DNA of 64,000 bases from Gonapodya sp. JEL0774 (taxonomy: Eukaryota): assembly GCA_027604505.1 (NCBI GenBank), contig JADIIX010000061.1, positions 1-64,000 on the forward strand, read 5' to 3'. A model generated the notes under the pieces. The model was not told where the DNA came from. It made no database searches and saw only the letters and a list, made by a program, of their open reading frames with translations. This document shows positions 1 to 12,146 of this stretch, in pieces. Every line of letters begins with the position of its first letter. Positions within the stretch are counted from its first letter, which is position 1. The position numbers and the translations under genes are program-made.

Positions 1-3000
1 CCCACAACCCCCCCAAGGACGCCTCCCTTGACACCGCGCGCGGTCTCGTCTCCCACCAACCCCCATCCCTGTCCTCGTCCCATTCCCATTCCCGTTCCGG
101 TTCCCGCTCCCACCCGTCGCACACCCCGACCGACCCGCACCCACACGCGAAACCCAAGCACAAACCACCCCTGCCGGCGCATATCCTACACGCTAGGCAC
201 ATCGCAAAGCCGCAGAAGGAATGGGCACGGGATGGGGATGGGGATGGGGATGGCGAGAGCGGGGCGGAGGGAGGGTGAGTAGATGGGACGGGGGCAGGGC
301 GGCCAGGGGGAAGGGAAAAGAACCCTTTGACAGCGTTTGGCCACCCACCGCTCACGCACTCCGCGACCCCCCCCAGCACCCCGCACACCACCGCCCACCC
401 CCACGCGGCCCAGATCGCCTCGATGGAGTACCCCGCGCACGTGTTTGAACCACCACCGCCCGCCTCCACCACCATCACCTCCTCCTCCTCCTCCTCCACC
501 TCCCCCCCCACCGAAGTGGACGCCGACGCCGCCGTGGACGCCTCCATGTCCCTCGTCCCCTTCCTCCTGGTCGACGACGAGCCCACCTTCGACGCCATGA
601 TGCACGTGCTCGAGGGAGGGGAGGGAGAGGTGCGCGAGGTGGCGGTGGATACCGAGGTGGGTTGGCCGTGATTTTCGTGGCGGGTTTCTTCGGAGGCTTC
701 TTTCTTGGATGTGTCGATCGCTTACACGGCGCGTCACACACACACACCTACACACCCACACCTCCATCTCTCGTACGCGTCTAGGCCCACTCGTACCGAG
801 CGTACACCCCCTTCGTTTGCCTCGTGCAGCTGTCGACACGCACCCACGATTTCGTGGTGGACGCGATAAAGTGTCGCGGGATGGTCAAGAGGTTGGCCAA
901 AGTGATGGAGGACAAGGGGGTCGTGAAGGTACGTCGGGGGTGGTGTGGGGGGGCCCAGACTCACCTCTAAAACTTTGCATCGCAGACCAGGACTACCCTC
1001 ACCTAGACTTGTCCGTTCGTTGTTGCCGTATCGGTATCACCCGACTCACGCCCCCCACCCCCGAACCCCGCACAGGTCCTCCACGGCGCCGACTCGGACA
1101 TCTCCTGGCTGCAACGCGACTTTGGCATCCACGTCGTGTCCCTGTTCGACACGTACCACGCCACACACGTGCTCGGCATGCCCAAGCACGGGCTGGGGTA
1201 CCTGCTGGAATCGTGTGTGGGCGTCGAGGCGGATAAGAGGTATCAGGTGGCGGATTGGAGGATAAGGTGAGGGGGGCACGGGGGGGGGGGGGGGGGGGGG
1301 GGGCCCCGGCCCGCCCACTTCATGCCCGCTCTGGGGGGGGCTGGGTGGGGTGGTGGGGGGGGGTGGCTGGANNNNNNNNNNGGACAGGCGACCAAAACAG
1401 ACCGCTCAACTTCCCAACCAACCCCGCCACGCTGACAGACCCCTGCCCGCCGAAATGCTGAAATACGCCCGCATGGATACCCACTACCTCCTCCGCATCT
1501 ACGACATCCTCCGCACCCAGCTGTTGGCCTTGCCCCCCACCGTTCCCGCCCCGCAGCCGTACCCCCCACCTGCGACCATCTCCCAGCTCCTCCCCACGCC
1601 CACTGACCCGGAACCCCCCATCGTGACCGTACTCCGCCGGTCGGCGCAGACCAGTCTCGTCACGTACGCGAGGGACACGTACGATTTTGTGTCGGGGCAG
1701 GGCACGGGAGGGTGGCGGGCGGCGCTGAGGAGGTACGGGGCGGGTCTGTCGGGGGAGCAGGCCGAGGTGTTCCGTCACGTGCACGCGTGGAGGGAGAAGG
1801 TGGCCCGGGAGGAGGACGAGAGCACGGCGTTTGTGATGCCGGCGGCCCAGCTGGTGGCGGTGAGTGGGGCCATGCCGGGGGATGCCGGGGCCGTGGTGGG
1901 GGTTGGAGGGGTCACGGCGTTGGTGAGGAAGAGGGCGGCGGAGGTGGCGGAGGCGGTGAGGAAGGGGAGGGAGGAGTGGGGGAAGAGGGAGGAGAGGGAC
2001 AAGGACAGGAGGAAGGTGGAGGAGGAGAGGAGGAGGGAGGAGCAGGGGAGGGTGAGGGTGCATACCAGGTTCGAGGACGGCGACGGGGACGAGGGCGGGG
2101 ATGGGGATGGGGCTGCGGGACGGGTTGCCAGGGTCGCGCTTGTGGCGAAACGTGTTCCCGCGCCGGGTCTCCTGGCCCACGCCAGTCTCTTTGGCACCCC
2201 ACCACCGTCGCCCGCGGCATCTGGATCGCGCCCGTCCAACCCCCCACCTACCCCGCTCGCCGCCCGACCCTCGTCCTTCGCCTCGGCCCTGTGGGACAGC
2301 GACGCGTCCGATCCGGACTCGGTCGCGGCGAGGAAACTGGCGGACGAGATAAGGAGGACGTTGCAGTTGGCCCCGCCGAGCGTGGAGGTGCTGAGAAGGA
2401 GGATGGGCGGTGCGGGGTCGGGGTCGGGGGCGGTGAAGGAGGAGGAGGGTATGGCGGCGCCCGGCGCGGCGGAGTTTGTGTTTAGGAAGCCGGGTGTGGG
2501 AGCGGGTGGTGAGGCGGGGAAGGGCAAGGCAGATAAGGACAAGGATGGCAAGGAGAGCAAGCGAACGAGGATGGACGAGGAGGAACCGATGGTGTTGGCC
2601 GAGATGAAGAAGAGGAAGCTCGTGGACGGCAAAGCTGCCGGGGTAGGCCCGGTAGTTCCGCCGCCGCCTTCCGAAGATATGATTGACATTTCAAAGTTTG
2701 ACAGTGAGGAGAGCAGCGATGAGTTGCCGGCGCGGGCGGGGACGGGGGCACCGGCGTCTGTGGTGTCACGGGAGGGGGAGGAGAACACTGTGGGCGGGGC
2801 GGACCCGAGCGGAGAATCGCAGAAGAAGAAGAGGAAGAGGATCAAGAAGAAGAAGAAGGGGGTGGTGGCCGGGCCCGACAGTAGGGAGGCAGTGCCGTCG
2901 ACCGGTTCGGCACATATGTCGTCACGACCTGCCACTGCCAACGAGCCAGTCGAACCCTTTGACTACTCCAAGGCCCGATCAGCCGCCGTGGACGCCATCA

Positions 3001-3278
3001 ACTTCGCGGTCAAGACTGCGGAGCGGCAACCCAGGGACGGTAAAGTCAAGTACGACCGGGACAGTCAACGGCTCGCGGAGCAATCTGACTCGGAGGACGA
3101 CGACGAGGCGGGTAAGATTGTGGAGGAGACCAAGAAGAGGGCCAAGGGGTTCAATCCGTTCAAGGATCCGGAGACGGACAAGAAGGAGAAGGGGCAGCAA
3201 GCGGGCGGGAAGAAGGACGGCGAGGCGAGGCTCACGACTGCACCGAGAGGAGGAAACAAGAGCTTTTCGTGGAAGTAG
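1..3278 (+). CDS. RRP6: Nuclear exosome 3'-5' exonuclease Rrp6/EXOSC10 (5'-truncated, multi-exon)
   Basis: Spliced translation gives the DEDDy motifs [50 protein letters not shown]...LFDTYHA and [34 protein letters not shown], then an HRDC-like segment ([18 protein letters not shown]) and a Lys-rich tail. GT-AG introns at about 657-784, 929-1075 and 1267-1438. Confidence 0.95.
1280..1303 (+). repeat. Poly-G tract (24 nt) in an RRP6 intron, just upstream of an assembly gap (N at 1372-1381)
   Basis: Directly visible homopolymer with flanking GGG runs. Confidence 0.9.
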
Positions 3279-3532
3279 AGCCGGCGGGGGTCCGGGGATG
3301 AGAGTCGCTTTGTACTGTAGGGAATTGTACGGTACACCAATGCATGCACGGTTGACTCGAACTAAAGATCATTTTGTACACATTCACGGTGGGTACAATG
3401 AATTTAAGTGGGAACTTGTTCGTCTTTTGAAGGACGGTTTTCGTCATTCTCAAGCTTGACTGACATGGCAACGTGTTAGTGCATGAATGGAGTTACCGAT
3501 GCGACTCCACCACGACACGAAGCAGGAAACCA

Positions 3533-5269
3533 ATGCAAACCGCCCGCGCCCCCTCGATCGCCGTTCTTGGAGGTGGAATCGCAGGACTCAGTGCAGCGTG
3601 CGTTGCCATCGCTGGTTCCCGCGGGAAAAGCATTCTGGTTCTTCACCTTGTAACGACCCGGCCGTTGCTCACAACTGATTTCTTTTCAATCATCGGCAGA
3701 TGGCACTTGCAGAAGCTTGTTCCATCTACAATACCCATCACGCTCATTGAACAGGCACCACGATTCGGTGGATGGCTCGAGTCGGAGGTGGTGTCGCGTG
3801 ATGGACGACCGATTCTGTTCGAAGGAGGACCGCGGACTCTGAGGATCGCTGGGGAGCCCGGGAAGGCAATGCTCGAGTTGGTGGGCCTGCGTTGAATGAA
3901 AATCATTCTTTTCATCACCTTTTGATGCCCCCTTGGATGGGTTGCTCCGCTCTGACTCCAGGTGCATTCACTGGGTCTTGCTTCATCTCTGAAAGCCATA
4001 CCGAAAACCTCACCTGCTGCCCGTAATCGCTACATATACCGTGATGGCGGCGTCCACCTCCTTGATCCCTCCCCTCGCAATTTGCTGTTTTCGTCGTCCC
4101 CTGTCTTTGCAGGCATCCTTCGCGGCGGTCTCCGCGAAGCATTTGTCTCCCGCAACACCGCCGATGACGAGTCGGTCTGGGATTTCTTCGCTCGACGGTT
4201 CGACCCTCGCATGGCTGATACCTTGGCTTCCGCCATTTGCCATGGCGTGTATGCCGGTAACTCGAAAGAATTGAGCATGCGGAGTGCTTTTGCGTCCATG
4301 TGGGAGGCCGAGCGACGGTCTGGATCGCTTATTCGAGATATGGTCAAGGGAGCACTAAGCAGCAAACCTCCAACCGATGCTCCAACGCAATGGTCTTCTC
4401 CCGAGACCGATGCATTCCGAAAGAAACTGCAGCAGGAAGCAACTGTCGTGTCGTTCCGTGAGGGTATCGGCGCTTTGCCCAAAGCCGTGATTGAAGAGTT
4501 GACAAAAGCGAGCAATGTCACCATCTTGAAGGACGCGTGCGCGGCCAGGATGGAACTCTCCAAGGACTCCTTAACTGTGAGAACCCCACCGTCGTGCTCA
4601 TTAGGCGATAAGTCTCATCACCAAATTCGGACTTGTACTTAGACCACCATCCACACATCAAACGGCTCTTCCCTGGCCTTTTCTCACGTCCTCTCTACAC
4701 TACCTTCCCCGTCCCTTTCCAAACTCCTTCCCTCAGTCAGCCAACTCTCCCAAATTCCTTACACCACTGTCGCCGTTATCAACCTCGCGTACCCCGCGGA
4801 CATCCTCCCTCTCCGTGGCTTCGGATACCTGGTCCCGGGACCCGAACTAGAAAACACGGGGGGTGTATTGGGATGTGTCTTTGATTCTGAGTCACATGGC
4901 GACCCAGACGTAACGCGGTGCACGGTCATGGCTGGTGGCTGGGCTTTCCGCAAGTTCTTTGGCGATCCGGACTCACCGGACCTGGATCTGGATCGCATCC
5001 TCCATGTTGCAAAACAAGCCATGAAGAAACACCTCGGAGTCACCGTGACACCACTTGCGACCCGGGTTCTGATCCAACGGGACTGCATTCCCCACTACCC
5101 TGTTGGGCACCACCGTCTGTTGTCGGAGATACAGGTGGCTTTGGATGAGTATGGAGGAAGGTTCCAAGCTTTTGGCGCTTGGAAGGCGGGAGTTAGCGTC
5201 AATGAAGGGGTGTTGGCCGGAAGAAGAGCGGCGGAGAACATTGCAGACGAACTGAGGGCCAAAGTTTGA
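3533..5269 (+). CDS. HEM14: Protoporphyrinogen oxidase (multi-exon)
   Basis: FAD-binding IAVLGGGIAGLSAA, EQAPRFGGWL, FEGGPRTLR, DDESVWDFFARRF, GVYAGNSKELSMRSAF, GFGYLVP, CIPHYPVGH and GVSVNE are typical of the PPOX/HemY family. Confidence 0.93.
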
Positions 5270-5453
5270 CACGGAGTTGACACATTGAATGAACTCTCTT
5301 TTGCATCACTGTGCGTCATTGTAAATGCTTCTGAATCGGGGGTTAGAAATTTGACCTCAGTTTAACAAGGCAAGCTCTTTTTGCATATGTTTGTAGATGA
5401 TACATGCAATAATTATATGATACAAGAAGCCATCATCACCACGTCCAACACCT

Positions 5454-7295
5454 CTAACAACTCCAAAGCTCAACCCCTTCTCCCCACGCCACTGCCAGAC
5501 CACCATCTATCATGCTCCTGCCCCATATGCGTACCACCGGCTTGACGTCGTCCCCATCGTCGAAGGCGCCAGGAGGGGACGGATACGACGCCCCTTCGGG
5601 TAAAGGAAGACGAGAAAAGGATTTTGACACAAGTGGGGAGCCCGTAGAAAGAGAAAACACGTGCAACGAACGGTTTGGGGATGCTTGAATGGGTTGGTTG
5701 ACGGTCAAGGAGAGGTACATGCTTCACGGTAACATTCAAACCAAAGATACTCACCAACGGCGACGGTCCCCGAGGCTTCATCTACCTCGCACCGTATTGG
5801 CTCTGTCCCACTTTCTCCAGAGGCCACACCAAGAAACTCCACCACCGGTATGTAGGGCTTCAAATTGCGTGGCCTACCTCGAGCGTGGAAACCTCGATCG
5901 AGACTGGCCACTCGCTGTGAAGGTTGCATCCGTCGAAGATCAAATACCGCCACATATCCGGACATTGAAGCCGCCACGACCCGGTCTCCGGCGCTCTGCA
6001 TGTGAACGGATGTGGTGCAACGGTCCATCCATGCGACAAGACCACCCGACTGCTCTCTGGTGGCACATCTAGTGTCCCGTACTTCAACGCGGCCATCTCG
6101 CATACCCGCTACCACTGTTCGACCGGAGGGATCCGACGAGCACGATAAAGCATCAGATCCGTCGGGTGCTGTGTTGGAACGCACCACGCCGAGATCCCAG
6201 TCGTGCAGGAGCGTCGTTCCACGAGTATGTGCCAAGAGAATAGACGAAGGTGATGCGGAAGGGCAGTGGAGAGACCAGATTGAAGCTTTCTGAGGTTTGT
6301 AACGGAAGAGAGTAGAAGGCAAGAAAGTTGGGAGCCCAGGTGAGTAATCCGAGGGTTCAAATCGAGATATTGACAGTGTCCCCGGTCCAGCCGCGCCAAG
6401 AGCTGCGTGAGCAAGTGTGATTGTCCGGTATCTCGCCGTGTCAAGGGGCGATGTCGACAAATTGATCTGGCGAATAGAGGTTACAGGGGACGAAGTATTT
6501 GTATCGAAGGCCGAAGCGAGCGTCAAGCCACGCCGCTGCCCCGCATTCGTAAAATGGACGGGGTTATCTGCATCTGTCGGTGGGTGGCGTTGTGGAAGAG
6601 AAGAATGGAACAGCCGCAGGAAGCCCTCCGCAAATCCCATCGCTAGTACGACGGAAGAGGTACACGTAACTCTGTCTGAGGTGTCCGATCTGCCGGCTGT
6701 TGACTCAGTGGAGTGGGGTTGGACCACTTCTAGTTCTGTCACTGCACCCATCGGAACATGGGCATAAGAGTCCTGTGCACTCCGAATGGGGGCCGAAAGA
6801 ATCGAGTGAAGGTGGGACGCCAGGAGAGAACGTGGTAACGGGGGTGTCGGAGTGGCCCTGCTCGGAAGGACTTCCCTCAGCCGAATTGCCGAGGCCAGAG
6901 TCTGTCGCGAACGTGTCTCTTGACTCCACGCTGTCCGAGACAATAGCGAAAAGGTTCGACCACGAGTCTCAGACTGGACGGAGTGAGATGATGGAAGCCT
7001 TCGTCGCTTTGGAGCGCGGACATCGTGAGATAACGGTCTTTGCTTCCAGTCTCCTTTGGTGCGACCTCCGGCCAGGTTTCGACCTTCCGCCCGCTCCTTC
7101 TCTCTAATTTTTTTTTGAACGTTGTCCTTGGTGTGCGGATTCGACGCCGGAGCGTTGTTCTTCTCGATCTTGAAGTAGCGATTCTTCACAGTGTCTGAAA
7201 CGCGCATCGACTTCTGAGAGGAAACGATGGACGGAAGTGGATTTTCAACACAAACCGTAGAAGTATCCTGGTATATCTCGCGGCAATCCAGCCAT
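5454..7295 (-). CDS. DCAF4/WDR21-like WD40 protein (CUL4-DDB1 substrate-receptor family)
   Basis: Spliced N-terminus MAGLPRDIPGYFY|DTVKNRYFKI matches the PG(F/Y)YYD..K.RYFKI motif of the DCAF4 family. WD-like segments AGMRDGRVEVRDTR and AASMSGYVAVFDLRR (DxR). The last exon ends GVELWSC*. Confidence 0.75.
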
Positions 7296-7574
7296 GGTCC
7301 GTTTGTGCAATAGCTTACATGAACAAGGGGAATGTTTGTTTGATGACGTTCCACCGCCAACATGTTCAATCGCAAACCAAACAAAAATAACAGAAGAGTA
7401 GGCCTACATAAACTTGTGTAAAAGAGATGACTGGATCAGATGCGGTTCTGTATCAGGGTCGTTTTGCACCAGACATTTGAATCTACACAAGTGACAGCAA
7501 GGATGGCGATGAGTTCAAATATAAATTATTAAGCGCTGCAGACTTGGTGAGGTCTTTCGCCCGTTAGCGTTGCA

Positions 7575-9838
7575 CTAAATGAGGAATAACGACGCGAAGG
7601 TGGAGCCCTGGTCCGCCGCCTTCTTGAACCACACTACTGCCGTTTCCTTGTCTTTCGCCACGCCCTGCCCGATATGGTAGCAGACACCGAGGTTGTACTG
7701 CGCATCTGCGTTGCCCTGATCCGCCGCTTTCCTGTACCACGCGGCTGCCGTTCTCTCGTCCTTGTCCACACCCTCCCCGTTATTGTAGCTGAGACCGAGG
7801 TTGAACTGCCCTGCAGCGTGACCCTGGTCTGCGGCCTTCCTGAACCACACTACTGCCGTTCTCTCGTCTTTCTCCACGCCCTGCCCGATGTGGTAGCAGA
7901 CACCGAGGGTGTACTGCGCATCTGCGTTGCCCTGGTCCGCCGCTTTCCTGAACCAATCGGCTGCTGTTCTCTCGTCCTTCTCCACACCCTGCCCGACGCG
8001 GTAGCGGACACCGAGGTCATAATGTGCCAGCGCAAACCCCTGGTCCGCGGCCTTCCTGTACAACGTGACTGCTGTTCTCTCGTCCTTCACCACGCCCTGC
8101 CCAGTGTGGTAGCAGACACCGAGGTTGTACTGCGCATCTGCGTTGCCCTGCTCCACCGCCTTCCTGAACCACGCAACTGCCGTTCTCTGATCCTTGTCCA
8201 CACCCTGCCCGTTAGTGTAGCAGACACCGAGACTGCACTGCGCAGCGGCGTGGCCTTGGTCTGCCGCCTTCCTGAACCACGCGACTGCCGTTCCCTCGTC
8301 CTTCTCCACGCCCTGACCGTCCTTGTAGCAGAGACCGAGGTTGTACTGCGCTGGTGCGTTGCCCTGGTCTGCCGCCTTCCTGTACCACGAGACTGCCGTT
8401 GTCTGATCCTTCTCCACGCCCTGCCCGTTCTTATAGCAGACACCAAGTTTACCCTGCGCATCTGCGTTGCCCTGGTTCGCAGCCTTCCTGTAGCACCTGA
8501 CTGCCGTTCTCTTGTCCTTCTCCACGCCCCGCCCGTAATCGTAGCACAAACCGAGGTTGTACTGCGCTTTTGCATTGTCCTGGTCCGCCGCCTTCCTGTA
8601 CCACGCGACTGCAATTCTCTCGTCGTTCTCCACACCCTGCCCGTTCTCGTAGAGGACACCCAAGCTGCACTGTGCCACCGGGTCCCCTTTCATGGCTTTA
8701 TCGTGGAGCTTTCTGGCTTCCTCATTTTGAGGGGGAGTGAGCATTTGAATCTCCAATGGGACCAGGCTTTTCAAGCATGTTATAAAGTCGCGGGGGGCGG
8801 GGCGTTCTGCGGGATTTCGATCCCAAGATTTGAAAATCAGCTTGCAAAGGTCATCTGGCATGCTGCTTTGTCGTGACAGGTTGGGTCTTTCCCCGTTCTG
8901 AATAATTTCCTCATAAAGATTCTTCCCCTTGTAGTGACTGTATGGCTTTTCACCGTCGTTCCAGATCTACGGAAGAGTGGGTATTGGTTTTGTGACTGAA
9001 TTCCATTTACTACTTGCCACTCACCGTACTGAAAATGACTGCCAGCGCGTACACATCTCCACTTCGCGAGGGTGGTGACTGCATGCCTCCATTCGCATGA
9101 TATGAAAGCCACTCCTGTAGTCGCTCTGGAGGCAAATAGAACGCAGTCCCAGCACGTCTTTTGTCCCCTCCAGACATCATTGTGGCTTCATTGTTTCCTC
9201 CACGACGGACCTTTGCGAATCCAAAATCCGCCACCATTGGCATTCCATTCTCGTCGATAAGAACATTTTGTGGCTTGAGGTCAGCATGTGTGACTCCGTG
9301 GTGATGTATGTGTTGGAGCCCCTTGGCTGTACCGAGCATCTGAGAGGGTGAAACCCCCCTTGAACTACTATTGGTCATACGTACACAAAATAGAGCTTAC
9401 CAGTTGGTACTTTTCGAGGTCACTGAGTTTCTGCGACTCCAAATATCGCTGCATGTCTCCCTTGCTAGCGTACTTGCATACAAGGTATGGCTTCTGACCG
9501 TCGTAGAAGACGCCATACAGGGGGAGAACGTTTGAGTGTTTCGGAATGTTCCACCATATCTTGATTTCCTGGAGAAAGTCCTATGCCCTTCGTTTGAGTT
9601 CGACCAACCGGCAGCTGAATGAGGAAAAGGTGCTACATTGACTTACTCGAATATTATCTGCAGATGCTGTGGCAAGCGTTTTCACAACGACGTCTACGCT
9701 CGAACCCCACAAAGCGCTGCCTTGGCGCCACGTTGCCTTCGAAGCTACGCCAAATCCCCCAACGCCAAGAATGAAGCCGGTGTATTGAATGTTTTTGATG
9801 ATTGCCGGATCGGTGGAACTAAGTCCACTGGACAACAT
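7575..9838 (-). CDS. Tyrosine-kinase-like (TKL) protein kinase fused to 10 C-terminal SEL1-like repeats
   Basis: Spliced exons give LGVGGFG, VVVK, DFLQEIKIW...HSNVLPLYG, HADLKPQNVLI, ADFGFAK, GTAFYLPPE, GDVYALAV and SWDRNPAERP, followed by 10 x 36-aa AQxxLGxCYxxGQGVEKDxxTAVxWxRKAADQG. The start codon is uncertain. Confidence 0.93.
7608..8687 (-). repeat. Tandem coding repeat: 10 x 108 bp SEL1 units
   Basis: Near-identical units recur every 108 bp on the + strand, e.g. gccttcctgaaccac...actgccgttctctcgtccttctccacgccctgccc. Confidence 0.95.
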
Positions 9839-10427
9839 TGCGCGTGGGAGCAGCTATCAGAATAGAGTCTGAAAGGCAATCTTGGATGCAGCCACGGAGC
9901 CCACTTCTCCTGAACGGCCTAAGCTTGGTGCTTGCCCGCTGGGTTGTTTTATAGATCCTTCCTGTCCCGGACTCACAAAAGCAAGACTATTGAAGTGAAT
10001 GATCTGTGTGAGCCGACCACATGAACGCACCAACCAAAATCTACTATGTAACACATGTAACACAGTCTGATGCAGAAACATTTTTTGAGGTCAAATCATG
10101 TTTTGAAATGTATACTTATGCCAAAACATGTTTCTGTTGCCGAAAGAGTCTCTAGCGAGGTGTTGGCCACAGCCCTTTCATTTTTCTCTCATGGATGAAT
10201 CGAAAATGGATCTAGAAGAACGAATTTGAATGGGATCATTACAGAAATGAAAGAATTCTGATGTCATCGAAGGTTATGTCTCCCCTGCCGCCTCTCTCCC
10301 TGCCGCAACTGAGGAGCACCGGGCACTCGCCAACTCGCCCACCCCGCCCAGCGCCGAGGCCCAGTTATATGGTTGTAGACTGCGTTGTGACTCTTGGGTG
10401 CACAGTAGAGACTCTATCTGATTTTCC

Positions 10428-11906
10428 ATGCCGGTTACTGAGAACCCGGAATCTCGCGATACGTACGCAACAAGGGCAGCGGGACTGTTCGTCGTCGAGG
10501 TGGTCCAACGGGGTGCTCTGACACGAATTCCGCTGAGAGAGCCACCATCTTGGAATGATCTCGCGAATCAGGTGCGCATATATGCGAATCGGATACATGT
10601 GCAGGGAGGGAGGCTCAGTCTTGTTTTTATTGCCATGGTGCATCGTGCTACGTTTGCATACCAACCCCTACTACATACATGAAAAGCTTCGCGCCAATCT
10701 TGATCTCACGGTTTTAGGAGTAACGTACCGAGATGAAGATGGCGATGCGATCACATTTGATTCCAACGATGAACTCGGGCAACTTGTTGCGCTTCAACGT
10801 TCCATGGGCCGCAACTCGGTTCGAGTTACTGTTGTAGGTGCGAATGCAGTGGTGCAGTCAAGGTATGGCATGATGGGGTTTGCTCTTCGTCAAATTGTCA
10901 GTCGTGTTTTGAGAGGTTGTGTTATCCATGTAGCGGAGAAATTCGATATCCCCCAGATCGAACAGTCAACACCGACGATTGGAATCTTATCGATGATCTG
11001 GACGAGGACACACCATCTGCTACAACTGAAGATTCCGTGCGTCCTGAGCCTGTCACAAATGATCTTTCGCTGCTAGACGCCAGTTCCGCACTACCTGACC
11101 AAGAGTCAACCACAAAGGCTGAAATCTCTCGCCCAGATACAGTGAAAATGCTCGTTCAAGAACTTCAAGGCGAATGCATGCCGGGAGCAGAGCGCATGCT
11201 CCAGATGCAGGTGGAGTCAGCAGTGTGGGAGGTGAATGCTCCGCTCAGCGTGAACTTTCCCGTTCTGATTGAAACTGATATTTGGCCCGCTCCTCTCCCT
11301 CCATGATCCGCTTTCATTACGTGCTCCTTTTCATGGACCATGGCAGTTGGAAAAATCGATCTCACAGTGTTTCGAGGCTTTCCACAAACGCTTGCAATCC
11401 CTTAACGCTCGTCAAGAAGAATCTCTCTTGTCTCCATCTCAAGAAGATACCATTCTCAGTGATACTGAAGACTGGGCAAATAGCGCCAAGTTCTCGCGCA
11501 ACACTCCCAAAGACGCTCAACGGCATATCAAACGAGAGTGGAAGAAAGACCGAGAAAGGAAGGCGAAAACCACGAAGCGGATGCAGAAAAGGGAGTCGGA
11601 ACAGGTATCCGTTCAAACAACTCGAACGCAATCATGAGCATGATGCCAATTAATCCACTTCACTGTCAGTCAATGGGTCGCCCAGTTCAACTGACGTCTT
11701 CTGCATCTTCTTTTGCGAGGTCAATCCTCCTGTCTGTAGCACAGCAGGTGATCACGACGAATGAGGCCCACGATTGCATCGAAAAGGTTCAATATCTCAA
11801 TGAGATGGGATTCACAGGGGGAAAATCTGGCGAAGATTTGCAAGCGTTGCTCGAGAGATACAATGGGGACGTAGATGCAGTTGTGATGGATCTTCTTGGC
11901 ACTTAG
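10428..11906 (+). CDS. PB1-LIR-UBA protein (p62/SQSTM1/NBR1-like selective autophagy receptor)
   Basis: PB1 OPCA motif VTYRDEDGDAITFDSNDEL, an acidic DDWNLI LIR-like motif, and a C-terminal UBA-like LNEMGF...LLERYNGDVDAVVMDLL. The exons join through GT-AG introns. Confidence 0.75.
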
Positions 11907-12146
11907 ATATTTTGGATGCACTCGTTTACAGAATGATAAACGAAATGATAATCTTTTTCATTCAAGTACCAGTGTTGGAGCCGTGGCCTGGTCGTCACCG
12001 ACCGCAGCCCCAGCCGATAACCAACGATTCCTCCAACCTTGACTGCATTCGCTGGTTTGAATTGACTGCAACCTCAAGTTTTCCATAGTCACTTGTGTGG
12101 GCAGAGAGAGCCTCGGTGCACTGATGTGAGAAGTTCTTGTTCGCTC

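Noticed and set aside
1775..2941. Long antisense and alternative-frame ORFs over RRP6
   Set aside because: By-products of very high GC and low complexity; no motifs.
7674..8876. 400-aa + strand ORF, and a CRISPR-like or minisatellite appearance
   Set aside because: It is the antisense shadow of the SEL1 array. The 108-bp units are coding repeats without unique spacers.
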